DNA of 64,000 nucleotides, taken from the NCBI GenBank assembly GCA_973895155.1, contig OZ316895.1, positions 14,132,225 through 14,196,224 of the forward strand, given 5' to 3'. How positions within the stretch are numbered: the stretch's first letter is position 1; each line of letters starts with the position of its first letter. The stretch is from Marsupella aquatica. Taxonomy: Eukaryota; Plantae; Marchantiophyta. The notes beneath the pieces are model-generated. The model searched no databases. It was not told the DNA's origin and was given only the letters and a program-made list of their open reading frames with translations. The position numbers and the translations under genes are program-made. Positions 12,822-26,500 of the stretch are shown here, piece by piece.

Positions 12822-15800
12822 TTACCTTCCAAGGTGCACTGGTGGTTTTCTCTTGGACAAAAGCAACTCTACCTCATCTTCTGGTCTTAATGTTAAACTG
12901 GGTTGAGGTCTGGGTAATGAACCTCCCGATGGTATCCTGACCCTAATCTGACGAACAACGGTCGCAAGAACCTGCAATAATAGTTTCAAAATCATTCCCC
13001 ATGTGTTTTACCAAAGAGAATATGCAGTCTGTAGAATTCATTCACTGAAGCATCTTCTAGAAACTCTAGCTAAGCCCATGAGGATGCAACAAGCGACAAA
13101 GGACTTTCACTTGGATCCGTTCGTGGGATGGAGTTGCTAGACTCACAATCGTGAAATTGGTAACAGCATATCTACTAATCTCATTAACGATCCCATGCCG
13201 TCGCTAGCAAAAGGGAGGGGACGTACCAAAGTTACTTCCATCATGGCGAAGCCTGTGCCGATGCAATTCCTTGGCCCCCCTCCAAACGGCCAGTAACTAT
13301 CATTGTCTAAATGCGGCTTAGCACTCCCACCTGGAAGCCATCGTTCAGGAAGAAACTCGGTGGCCCTGCTTGATGGAGCATTCGAAGATCAGCCAGTAAT
13401 AATGAAAAAACATCGAACTGATACAAGCTTGACGGACGAACGAAGCAATCTGATCGGTGGCCATTAAGTAAAATTCAGGGTCCATCTACCTCATGGGAGT
13501 TACGAAGAGCGTTAGTGTACGAAAACTTTTAGAAGATCCAGTCAGATCATGCATTTTATCCAAAGACACCATCCCGACCCATTTTCCCCATAAATCTAGT
13601 GGGCGAAATTTAGAAGTGACGTAGGCCTCCTCCAACGGAAAACAAATTAAGACCTTCCCTGCATCCCATACGATTCATATAACTAACCGTCTAAGGATAG
13701 TTTCATAACTCCAACAAGAGCTTTCCTGATAGCTGCTAGTTGCGACAGAGTGAATCGTTAGTGATATTTACCTTGGCCAGTACGCAGGATCTCGATGCAA
13801 TAGGTATTGGCTCACCAACACTGTTGTTCCAGCTGGCACATCCCAGGACCCCAATTTCGTATCTTGACATGCACATCTTCCTACAAGGTAAGCAGGAGGC
13901 ATCAATCGCATTGTCTCCCAGATGACAGCTTCCATGTACCTGTTCACAGCCCAAACGAGGTAAAGCGGCTTCTTGCCTCTGAATGGAAAGGTAGGTTGAC
14001 CGGAGAAAAGGAAGTAATTTTATAACAAACGCATCCAACTGAATAAACACGTTCCATCTAACCCATTAGTTCTCGTTACAAAAGTTCACAATTGATATTA
14101 TTAATGAGAGATGTTTGCTGGGAGCATCAGAGTTCTTACAACATGACAAATTTGTCGTCTGTCACATAGCATTAGTTAGCACAAACTTACTCACGAATCG
14201 TTCAAGAGAACTAGCTCTGAGAAATTATCATTGAATTCCCATCTAGTAAAAGGGAACGCGCAGCAGATGAAGAGATAGGATTGGACCTAAGCTTTGGGAT
14301 ATCAGAATGTGTAGGTAGGCGGTCACCAAGGATCTCCAAACACTCATCATAAAGACGGCGTTGCACTTTAGGGTGACGTGCGACCAAGACCATCGCCCAT
14401 GTCAGTAATATAGCTGATGTTTCTTGCCCCTGCTTGAGAAAAGAGACAAACTAATTACAGTGACGACGTGAACTCTTCAACAGGATGATGCCCGATTTTA
14501 ATTTTAATTTTGTTGGGCCGTACATGAATAGAAGAAACGTTCTAGGTCACAACGGGAGCATATTCACGTCGAGCTTTCCTATGTACTCCATCTAGTCAAG
14601 TGCTTAATTCAAAGGATGCCCTCTGAAATTAGGACGAAGGAGATATCTTTGTCACTTACAGCAACAAGGAAGGTCATCAGCTCATCTCGCAAAGATGTAT
14701 CGTCCATACCCAAACCATCCTCGTCTCTAGCCTACACCACATCAAGATGCAATTTCATTTTCGGTTAGAAAGCAATAATTTTTGCCATTTCTATCAAATT
14801 AAGAGGTCAACACAAAGGGAAGCACAGGTCTGCCACTCGGAATGGAGCCACACCTCTACTAACTGTGTAAGGAGGTCCTTCCTCGAACCTAAGGCGATAG
14901 TTTGATCAGTCAATGCCTTTCCTGATGCGAGCCTTTCCCTTCGTTCAGAAATGAGCCGGTAGACAATACTGTCCAGTCTTCTCATGGAGGATAGATATTG
15001 CAAATTGTCTGGCGTGGGAAGCCACTCCGGAACTGCACCCATCATTGCCCACTTCGAAATAAATTCCATTATGGTGAGAGTTTGAGCCTCTATACACCTA
15101 CCAAGCTCAGGTAGAGAAAATGAACCGTTCTCCTCACAAGCAAGACCTCGGTGCTAGGAGCCACTCTTCTACCAAGTCGGAAGACGTACCTATTAGCATT
15201 GAAGTTCCTCGGCGAGTAAAATACTCAAACGCAGTGGTGATGGCCGGTCCCACTTCAGCCATGTCCTCTACGCCTGAAGTCCCCCCGAACAGGGATGATG
15301 ATACTATTTCCGTAGTCAAGGCACTAAAGTCTGCATAGACGTTACGGATGCCTCCATGCATCCATTTTTTCTCAACCATCTCCTCTGTCCTGTCCACCAT
15401 GGCCTAACAGCCATCCCGGTGATCACAATAGTGTCTGAAAATTTCATATGTCCCTAATCATGCTCCTAGCCTAAATCTTCAAGAAAGAAACCCTGTGCCA
15501 TGTTTGAGAACTGAGACTTACATTGGCATAAGTACTAATGGCACTTTTTCGAAAGGCTGGATTCGATAATCGCCGTTGCCGCTTCCACCTATCTCCATCA
15601 ATAACAAGGAGACCATTTCCCGCAAGACTGCTGTTCGGGAAAAAGGCTGTTCCGGCCTGCATTCTCGACTCGTGTCATTGCAACCACATTTACACAGGGT
15701 CCACGAGAAATAACACGAGGTCAACACGAAGAGACCCAAGTTTTGGCAAGGTTTTAATCGAAGAGAAGAGCTCACCTTGATGAATGTACTACTTTGAGTA

Positions 15801-16959
15801 ACAAACACCTCCCTAGCATACGTCCTGTAGAATGCGCAATTTAGAACGGATAGATAGGAGGTGTATCAGGTTCAAGTTTCTGGAGTTATCAGCAAAACAC
15901 GGGATCGAGAATCCCACAACCTCAAGCCGGCTTGGTTGGCATACAACACAACAGTTGAAGATATTGCTGGGAAAAGCCTACGTCTGTTAAACTTCGAGTT
16001 GTAGCAAAACTTTGTTCTCATTATTTCTTCTGTGTGGGCCGCAACTCGTTATAAGGTAAATCCGTGAGATCCCCTACTTGCCGAGACGCTAGACTTTTCC
16101 AGCATTCACTGTATTAGAGGTTCTTGATGAGAAACATTTCCTGTTGACCCAGTTCATCATTAAGTTCCACAGTGTGGCAATGACAAAAGTCTTGAAAGCT
16201 CCTGCGGACTCATTCAGGGAAATACTAAAGAGAAAACAAATGTGTGGCTACACTAGTTAGCATTTTAATGAGGATTTTTCAAACCTGAACACTTTCGAAA
16301 AACCCGGAGATTTATTCACACATGAAGCTTTTTTGTTTATAGTTATTTGATTTTGCACACACACTCACACAGAACCAAATTGTAGGGGCTATGGCTTCAA
16401 CCTTGGACTCGGGCAACTCCCTCGGCAAGACTAAAAACTTTCAGTGCTAACCTTTTCATCAATTCGGTTCCGTTCTTGGACTTTCATTCCTGGCTTGAAG
16501 GGGTGGTCAATAGTTCTTGCTTTAACACGTCCTGTCTGTAAGAATGGAAATGCCCTTGCAGCGGTAGGAGGCCATGGCAGCAATTTCAGCGTCATTGTCT
16601 GCATCATAGCTGCCACCATGGACAACCAATCACAACACCACATAATTGCTGAATCACTAGACTTAGAAGATTTGGGTAACTCACGGGTCGGAGACGAGAA
16701 TAACAGGGCGGGTGAGCAGTCGAAATCCCACAATGGAGCCGTACTGAGAGCTGAGATCCTCAAGACAGCGAAGAGGGTCGTTCGCCAGCTGCAAAGCGAC
16801 GTCAAAAACAGGTCCCGGAGCCTGCTGAGCGTTGCCACTGCCTCGTCCTGGTGGTAAGAATGGAAACGCCCTTGCAGCGGTAGGAGGCCATGGTAGCAAT
16901 TTCACCGCCATTGTCTGCATCAAAGCTGCCACAAGCTGAGAGCTACTACTGCCATCCAT
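12822..16959 (-). CDS. CYP746: cytochrome P450, CYP746 family (about 507 aa, 10 exons)
   Basis: Exons 16959-16685, 15824-15776, 15656-15522, 15403-15190, 15032-14854, 14731-14660, 14429-14287, 13939-13772, 13365-13227 and 12971-12822 total 1524 nt in frame. Motifs: WKRQR (C-helix), AGQETS (I-helix), ETMR (K-helix), PERW and the heme motif FGGGPRNCIG. The segment GTAFFPNSSLAGNGLLVIDGDRWKRQRRLSNPAFRK..GGIRNVYADF matches my recollection of algal/moss CYP746. The family call is from memory, not a search. Confidence 0.9.
16528..16932. repeat. about 90-bp direct duplication of P450 exon-1 coding sequence into intron 1
   Basis: 16844-16932 (exon 1: VAALMQTMAVKLLPWPPTAARAFPFL..G) versus 16528-16617 (intron: VAAMMQTMTLKLLPWPPTAARAFPFL..G). 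Confidence 0.9.
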
Positions 16960-17489
16960 CTCTACCTCTGTCCCCAAGCACACACAGAGTACCCAACGAG
17001 CTCAAACTCAACGATCTCTCCCAAAAACCTGCGATGTCTTTTGAGGTCCTTGTGGACCACCCATATCCACAACTGTCTGGTCTCTGAAGATCACTCTTGA
17101 TACACGAGATGAATCACACGTTGGAGCAATGTGCATGCGAGAGAATTGCAGCGACAGAGGATTGCAGGGAGCTTGATGGACTCCTTCCCTCTACAGACTT
17201 TGGCTTTCCATATCTCTTGCTCGCGATGATGTTGGGACTCAATCATATTCAGGGGCATTCAAGGAGATTCGGTTTTATGTGTGGAGAGTTTGCATAACCA
17301 TAATTGAAGCACCTCCAACGAGAAAATGGACGAACGGAAGCAAATTCAAAAGTCAGTCTCTCTGTACAGTCGGTTCGTACTTTTGAAAATTTATGCATCA
17401 CTTAAACCCACTTTTTGAAAATTTATCCATCGCTTAAACCCCTCGTGTAGTTGTTCTTTTGTATTTCTATGGGTGATAATGAGCCATTA

Positions 17490-17953
17490 CCCTGCCACAA
17501 AGCCCGGGGCTATGAGATTTTGGCCCAGTTGATTACCCTGGACACACAGCACCATGGCGTTGTGTTCAAAAATGGAACCATGGCCTGGTGTTCAAAAATG
17601 TAAATTTTTGAGTCCCCTCACAGATAACATACTTGAACTCAAACACAACATCTTTTTAACACAATGTATGGGTGTTGTGTTCAAGTTGGATGCTCTATTT
17701 ATATTTTGACTCTAAAACTATTCTAAATTGAGCACAAAGAGTACAAAATTCAAGAATTATATGACAATGTTAATATTTGAATACAACGTCCAGTTTTGAA
17801 TACAACACCTTGCAAGTACAAAAATGAAAACACCTAGTCATAACTCGAAAATGGGCTTGAAAACAATGCCCCGGGTACACTATTCAAATAAAGTGCCCCA
17901 TGGCCCACTATCTGAATACAGGGCCATGGCCTTGTGTTCAGGAGAAAACGGTA
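17490..17953. mobile_element. dispersed MITE-like repeat, copy 1 (possibly Tc1/mariner-type end)
   Basis: Shares blocks with about 46800-47378: ccatggc..tgtgttc, ttgaactcaaacacaa, atatgacaa..aatatttgaa and gccccatggcccactatc. Ends ggagaaaacgg|ta. Confidence 0.55.
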
Positions 17954-18654
17954 ACCCGTCTTGGGGGTTATCCAAAATCAGGTGCAACTTCACTTTATAA
18001 ATATAGTAAAACTACACTTGGGGTTTACGCTTCTTAATCCATTGTCACTCAGGCTCACCAACCTTGGGGATTACATCTCACAATCCCCTTGGGGCCATGG
18101 GTTACCCTTCACATAATTAATGCCATCTTGATTCTTTGTCATTTTTTGATGCTTTTCTGGAGAAAGTGCAGATTTGGGTTGGGGAATTATAGAAGTTCTC
18201 CGGTACTCCTACTAAAAGTAGTAAAATGAAAAATCTCATAGGCCTCTAAGGATATCAGAGGCTCTTATGAGGGCATTGTGGACAGTATTGTGAGCAAAAT
18301 AGCCGCTCAAAACGCTAAAGCCCTCTTACCAGAGGATTACTAAATACTAAATTCTCCTTTGGGAGTCTTCGTCAAGAGCTAAAGCCCTCTTACAAGAGAA
18401 TTACTACATACAAGCTCTCATTGTGAATCTTCCTCTGTATCTTCATTGAATGTTACTGGCTATAACCACTTGGCCCCAAGCTTCTTTTCCTTGGTTGAAA
18501 TCTCTGTGTTGTGTGAGTGGCACTGATCAGTCACTCCTCCCAAGCTTAGTTTTTGAAACACTCACAAGGAGGGTTTAAGCTGGTAACCCATAAGCTTCCC
18601 AGGGTTAGGGACTGTAATCCCCTTGGGCTCACAAAGGGGCTCACAATATGGGCT

Positions 18655-18985
18655 CACAATATTAATACATTGTAACATCATCATATTACATTGTAACATT
18701 TTCACAAAACATATTGTACAATATATTACAATTCTATAATATGATGAAATAATATTGTAAATATGATGACAATTTGTAAAATATCTTACAATATGTTTTG
18801 TAAATAATTGTTAGGATATGATGACACCTGATCTTCGAAACAATTATTATTACATTGTAACAATGTATTACAAATAATGTAATAATTTGTAAAATATTGT
18901 ACAATATGTTTTACAGATTATTGTTGTAATAATATTATCTGTACAGGATAAATACATTATAACATTGCGTACAAATTATAATTCA
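18655..18985. repeat. AT-rich low-complexity/degenerate tandem repeat
   Basis: Recurrent attgtaaca, aatatt and ttacaa motifs in both orientations. Confidence 0.6.
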
Positions 18986-20501
18986 TTTTGTCTATCTTTT
19001 CCAGGTCTAGCTGCGACTTCCTCCCCCCTTGCTCTATATCCAAGAATTGAAAGCCCTTAAGTCATAAATCTCAGACCCATGCTGACACACTTGTGCTATA
19101 ACACAACAATTGGGCTTAGAGTGATATGGAAAATCCATCTAGCCGGCAACCACATGCCATAGTGCGTCAAAAACTCAGTCCCTTTTTGATGTGCATTTAC
19201 TGCAAGGCATCCATCTTTTGTCCAAATGAGTGTGGTCTGCTTTGGGCTCCATTGTGAAGGCAACACTCAATGTCAGGTTGCATGTTTGGACAGATTTCCT
19301 GTCGCATTTTGTTGTTTAACTACCAGAAAGGCTATAATTATATGGTTGATGAGTGCATTATGATGTCCATTGAAGGCTATAACTATATAGGTTGCTGAGT
19401 CCATGGCCCTTAAGTTGCACAATTGTTGTTACAGACATTTCATTGTTGCGATCAATTCATCATTGCTGCCATTTCATTCTTGGTCAATGATGTTGGTGCA
19501 AAAAAGTATCTAGGATTCAGGGTTAATGTAGCCTGGAAAAATTACTTCATAGAGAGAATAGAAAAAAATAAAAAGTTCTCAACTCTTTTCACCTCTTTTC
19601 AACTCAAAACTCTACTGCCTAAGGTTCTCCGTCTATCATTTTCCTTTATATTAATAAGGGCAAGCACGTGTCCAAATGTTTTAATGTAGAGCCCAGTTAT
19701 ATTTTCTTTTCAGCCCCACCTACCCATACTAGCTACATGTCAGCTCCACATTCGATTTCAAAGCACCTTGAGATTGGAATATTGTTATACAAGTGACTGG
19801 GTGAGTGTATGTGTGGGTGCAAATGAAGCTACGTCTCAAGCTAGGATTTACTCTTTATTCTTCCTTTTACCAGATCTCATGGCGATGGAAATTTATGAAT
19901 CACATCCAAGTCAAACATGAATTCTCTCTACAAGTGCATTTTGTAAATGGACGATGAGTGGAAAAGGTGGGGTTGGATATGACAGTGTTTAGATGAGTGC
20001 ATTTTGATTGCCAGAAAGGCGATAATTGTCGATGACAGTGTCCCTTTGTATAGCTATACAGCTGCATTGAGTCCCACTGACTGTCATCGCCTTTGGAGCC
20101 CATCTCCGTTTTGAAGGATGGATGAGATTATGTGGCTGGGTTGAGCTCCCTGCTGTCATATAATTACACAATGAATTCTGGCTCATGAGACAGAAGTTTC
20201 AGTCTTCACGAGCCGTCTGGCTCCTCGACGGGATCGGCGAATTGATCCTCTTATGTCAGATACTATCATATTATCTGGCTTGAATTCTGCTCAAGCTCAA
20301 GCTGTATGTCTCGAAAGATTGACTGATGCTGTTGTGTAGGACCTGTGAGTGAGCTTTAGATAGATTGAGCTGAGATACCCTCACTACTACTTCAGTGATT
20401 CAAAGATTGAAAGCTGGGTATGTACTGTCACAGACTGGATCTGCATTGATCTTTCCTTTGAAGGTCAGATTCTCAGAGCAAGGAATTATTGAAGATAATC
20501 T

Positions 20502-23500
20502 ATGGCTGCAGCATCATCTGCAATGGGTACATCTTTTCCTTCAAGTTCGCCTTCGTGTTTAGGCGATTTTCTGACGGGAAGTCGAAAAGTGGTTGGAGGG
20601 AAGCTTACAGTTCATCGGAGAACTTTGACTACTAGATTGCCATCTTCCAAGGAGTCGTTGCCTAGCGGGGTTTCGCAGAATTCCAGAAATGTTATCTGCA
20701 AAATTTCCGACGATGTGGTGATAGAAAGCACTGGTGAGAGCTTCTCCCACCCCTTGTGTAATGTTTTGTTGCCTTATCTTTGTTGTTGTCGTTTTACTTA
20801 GGTTGTTATATCTGTTCCGTTGGAGACATGTTGAGAGTTTTGATGAATTTGAGGCCACGAGAGAGAAGAGTGTGGGTGAAAATCGTTGCTTGACAGCTGA
20901 AAGGATGCAGATGCAAAGGGTCGTGAAATGCAAAAGGCTTCAGGGAAATCGGAGGCTCTTCGGAATACAGGGATTTCGCTCAATTCTCAGTCTAAGGCGA
21001 AGCATGTTGACGACCAGAAGATCAAATTACCTTTCTATTCCCACATTTCGAATACTTTCGTTGACGCGCTTGAGCGTAGCCTAGTGCGGGCGTTCTATAG
21101 TTCCTCCAAGCCTACGAATTACTACACGCTTGGGAATTACGCACCGGTCGAGGAATTTGGGCCTGAGCCAGTTCTCTCGGTGACTGGGTACCTACCGGTG
21201 AGTAAGTCAAATTTCAGGTCACGGATCGAGATTTATCTTCTGGTTCGTCTCAGCTGTTCTCCTAAACCCTAAACTCCTCTACTGTATTTGCGTTTTTAGA
21301 GTCGAGAGAGGATTGCGATCGAAAGTCGACGTCAAAGTCCTGTTTCAAATCACTTGTAGCAACTTAATTTGCATGATCGAGGAGAAAAATCTTGGAAGGC
21401 GAGTCCCCGCCCGTACTGTCTTGTTCTTTAGCTGCCAGTTCTTTGCTTTAATTTTCATCAGCAGTACGTAAGTGGACTTCAAGGATAAATTTCCAAAAGC
21501 CAGAGCTAGCTCGTGCCCCGTGTGGGCTCCAGTACAATTACATTCTTTCATTCATTCAAACATTCTTCTGTAAATCACAGACTGCGGGAGTTCGTAAATG
21601 AATGTGCAATCCTCGTCCATCGTGTACAGGATCGTAAGTATATGTGCAGAAACCAAATCACATTGAAAGAGACTTGAAGTAGGAGACATCCCATTGTAGC
21701 GACAGACAGAAATAGAAAGGTGAGTGGTGAGCATGTAGATCATAGCCAATGAGCGTCACTCACCGATTCAAATAAGTCCGACTTAGTCAGGGGAAACGTT
21801 CAATAGAGAGAAGAAGCAGATAGATTGTAACTCAGCTTTCAGCAGACTCCAACTCTAAGAAGGTTTATGCGTTCATGTGTCTCTACCAACCAGGAATGTT
21901 TGAATGGCGAGGTGGTGCGGGTGGGACCGAACCCCATGTTCGAGCCCATCGCGAAGTATCACTGGTAATTGCCACTGCCTCTTCGTACTAATTCAACTTA
22001 AATGACTCTTTCCATACCGATCATATGCCGAGAGAGTTGTGAACGCTTGATATGCAGCAGGATCGACACATAGCAGTAGGCGCAGTCCTTGTTCCGCATA
22101 GGGGGTAGTGTAAAGGTCCACCTGCAGGAGTTGTTACATAAAGGTTTTAATTACGAGCGGGAGGGAAACCCATCCTACCGTAATCCCGGAGACGATTTTC
22201 GCATGGGAATGGCAAATTAAGGGGGAGGTCAGGACTGAGAAACATCTTGGACAGTTCTGGACATTTCTGATCCAACATTATTTTATTTGTTTCGCAGGTT
22301 TGATGGAGACGGGTATGCTGGCCAAAACCAATTGTTGCCTAGTTTCATGCCACGGACCGTCAAGACTGTTAGCTTCACTGTAGTCAATCATGTGATGTCT
22401 CCAGTGTCCATTGGATTGGTATTTATCTAGAGTCTGAATTCCCTTTAGAGGCTTGGGTTATATGTAAGATTCTCCAAAGGAAGGTGGAAAGGTTCCGAAG
22501 TCAGATATTTTCTCATTGCAGCATGATTGTGCTCTTTAGTTAGCAAAATATTATTGATATCAAGAATATAGAAATCTGCTGGTCGTTCTGCTCGGAATGA
22601 ACGGATCAAGCAAGCCTTCAAGTCAGATAATTAATTGAATTCAATGTTCTCTACCTTGTTGGTCATCGTGAGAGCTTTTGGCCTACTTTGCATGCAGAAT
22701 GTTACATGGCTTGAGAATCAAGGATGGGCAGGTGACGTACTCCTGTCGATATGTGAGAACGGTACGATTGCAGCAGGAGGAGTATTGGGGTGGTTCAAAG
22801 TTTGTGAAGGTACATTGGTTCCAGTCTCCTTTACCAGGGGGAGCTGAAATACTGATCTAATTGTCGTGACTTCTATGCCTAGTTTTTTGTCAAATAAAAT
22901 GTAGGGCGCTATGAACTTCTCTTTCTTGTCACATGTTGCATAGGTTGGGCACGCATTGTCCATATTTGAGATGCGCAGTAAGGTTCGGAGATTACACACC
23001 ATTTAAAAATATTATTCTCAATATCTTCAGTTAATTTCAGTGGTTCGTCGGCAGGGTCTTGTTGTTATTCTGTCCATAGCTTTCTGTTATCTATGAGTCA
23101 GACAGGAATATCTGGACCATCGCGAATATGAAGCTTGCGCTCTAAATTTTCAAGCATTTTGATATTTCTTTACGTTTCGTCCCTACATATTTGTCTTAGC
23201 TAAAATCGGAGAATTAATGTTTCATTATGGGAGGGGTCCTGGACAATAGCTCAATGTGGTGAAAAGCTGTTTTGGGTAGCAATGTGAGTTTGCTTTTGAT
23301 CAGGTGTGTTGAGGAACTAAAGATTTCGCAGAATTGCATACATGGTCACTTCGTCACTGACCACTACGGAGTGAAATAAACCTGAGTGAAGCATACCTGA
23401 GATGTGGAATTCATAATTTTGACACAAGCGGTAACGAGAATTGGTTGGTAGGATTGATTATCCCTCGGCCGGAAAGGGTGGCACTCTGAATTTACAAAAA

Positions 23501-26500
23501 TTAGTGCAGCATATGAATGCAACATCTCAATTCTCCTCAATGCTCGGATTGATTATTCGAACCGCAGAGAAACATGAAATAGAGAAAACACTCATCATTC
23601 TGAACAGTAACATCGAACTTGAGAGCATGGTTTTTTTGTTTGCCCACACATGCAGATTGGAGACATGGTAGGGCTGAAAGGACTTCTTTCCCTGGCTCTT
23701 TATGGACTTAGAGCAAAACTGGGTGTGCTGGATTTGTCTAACGGAATTGGCACTGGTAAGGGATCGCAAACTGTCATTTAAAATGATACACTTGATTCAG
23801 CGCAGAGAGCATTTCATTGTAATTTCTTCCCTGTCATATCTACTCTTCCAATTTTATTTTCATTCTATTATTGATTTTATTTTCATTCTATTATTGATTT
23901 TATTTTTTCCCTTGTCTGGGTCTACTCTTAACTCCTGTCACTTCATTGGCTTTTGTGCAGCAAACACTGCTTTGGTTTATCACAGTGGGAAGCTCCTAGC
24001 TCTACAGGAGACAGACATGCCATGTATGAGCTATTAATTTGCACCGACATCACATAAATTATAAATGGCTATAGAGTCAGCTTATGTCCATATTCTATGC
24101 ACCTTAGTGGATAAGTACGTGATTTGCCTCTACCAGGCAAAGTAAGATGCAAACCGGCCCTCTCCGATCGGATCTTTTCCACGAGATGGCTGCCACATGA
24201 TTCCACCCTGAATCGCTTTTCTTGTCACGATCGGATCATCTGAGCAATACGACGAATCCAGCAAAGCTTTCGGATTAGTGTCGATAACTGGCAAGGTTCA
24301 CTTGCAAATCAGTAGCTTTTGTCCGGTGAGTGTCTTTCAGGTGTAGACGACGGTTACGCGGCTTCTGAGAAAGATTTTCTTAATCCAGAACTGATGGTCA
24401 TGGCAGATGTTGTTCGGGTACGTGATGATGGTGGCTTTGACACTGTTTCAAAACTGGACTATGACAAAAAGTTAGATCATCCTTTTACAGCCCACCCCAA
24501 AATTGATCCTGTCACAGGTATGGTCTGGCCCGAGAAAGTTGCAGCCACCTTCTGCAGGTTTCACTTGCCATTTACATTCCGGTCTCCTGATCTACTCAAA
24601 GTAGGCATGTCATTAACAGATATGGCAGAATCTTGTGTACTGCAGGGGAGATGTTTACATTCGGGTACAAGACCCAAGAAGTACCAGACGTATCATACAG
24701 AGTCATCTCAAAGGACGGCGTGATGGGGCATTCTGTGCCTATTACCCAATCAAGGCCAGTCATGATGCATGATTTTGCAATTACCGAAAACTACGCTATC
24801 TTCGTGGATGGTCCTCTCTACGTCAGCCCCAAGGTGTCCAACATCAGTCAATGCTTATCTCTATTGAGGATGGATTATTTTGTAACTGACTGACAAATAA
24901 CCTGTGATGGAGATATTCGCTCAGTTGTTTTAAGTAGCTCTGGTTTGCCATAACAGGATGTGTTCAGTGAGAGGCCGAAATGTACGTTTGAGCTGTTTTC
25001 ATTCTTTCACAGGGAATGGGAACGAAAGATCAATTTATATACGAATTCGATAAAACTGAACCTTTACGATTCGGAGTGTTACCGAGATATGCCAAAGACG
25101 ACTCTCAGATGCAATGGTTTGATTGTCCTGGCGCTTTCATTCTACACACCGGTCAGTGCTTTCCCAATTCAAGAATCGTCGTCTTTCATTTCTATTTCGT
25201 AGGTCTGAATCTAGCTTGTGTGTGAGCTCCTTTGCGGGACGGTACGTTGTCTAATGTCACATATGTCATGAATTTTCTCCCAGACACTGCTACTCAGAGA
25301 ACGGCCTCCCTTGATCGCATTCAATTATCTTGGAACAGTAGGCGTGGGGAGAAATTAAATCAACAATGATCAACTTTCCATACATTAGTGCCTTTCCTCT
25401 GATTATCTTGCAGCAAATGCATGGGAAGAAGGAGATGAAGTCGTTTTGATTGCATGTCAAGACTCCGAAATGGATCTGGAAGCATTTTCTGTTTATGACA
25501 AAGACAGATGTCAAGCAACTACACGATATCTGTAAAGCCATTGTCCATCACTTTTGTTTGATGCGCGTAGAGATTATGTGACAGAAAAAGTGTTCAGGAA
25601 GAAATTTACATTTCACCGATTTTCAAAATTTTCATAGTTGATTTGATTGAATAATTTGTGTGGATTGACCAATATACATATAGGTGGGAATATCGATTCA
25701 ACTTGAAGACTGGAAAGGCTCAGGAGAGAATGCTAGGAGAATTTCATGTCGAATTTCCTCGGATTAACGATAAATACATTGGACGGTAAGTTAACGTTGT
25801 TCGGGGCTTCACAATGCTCTTGCAGCCCGAACAATGCTCTTGCAGCCCGAAGCTTTGACGAAGAAGGACAGTACCGAGTGCTTAAATTAGAATTGCAGCT
25901 CACGCAATGTTTCTTCAAAATTAGGATTCATTAAATTATAGCTCTGTCCTGAAGTTGAACCCAAAGCTCTGTTTGCAATAACACAAAACAGATCGACGGA
26001 TTCTGACAAATTTTCATGCCATCTTGATGCATGGGGAATACAGCATGTGTTCATATATTGATTCCTTCAAGTCTCTGATACATATTTGTGCGCTAGAAGC
26101 TTCTGACATGCTACTCTCCATTTTTTTCCAGGAAGAATCGATATGTTTATACGGCAATATTTCGAGACACAACTCATACCATTGGACTTGCAAAATTTGA
26201 CTTGACGAAAGAGCCTGAGTTGGGTAAAACAAAGTTCGAGGTAGGAGGGAATGTGGCAGGTGTGATCTGGTATGGAAGTATGCGGTATGGGTCGGAGCCT
26301 ATTTATGTTCCCAAGAATCCTGGGAGGGAGGCTGATGAAGACGATGGATACCTACTCTGTTTCGTGTTTGATGAAAATACCTGGTGAGTTTGCACGCGCC
26401 AGAATCTCACCTCTTCATGCTGTATTAGTACATTCCACTGTACCATGAATTACGAAGGTCTAGAAGTCCTTTCTGGACTTGGTGATCGATGAGAGGGTTT

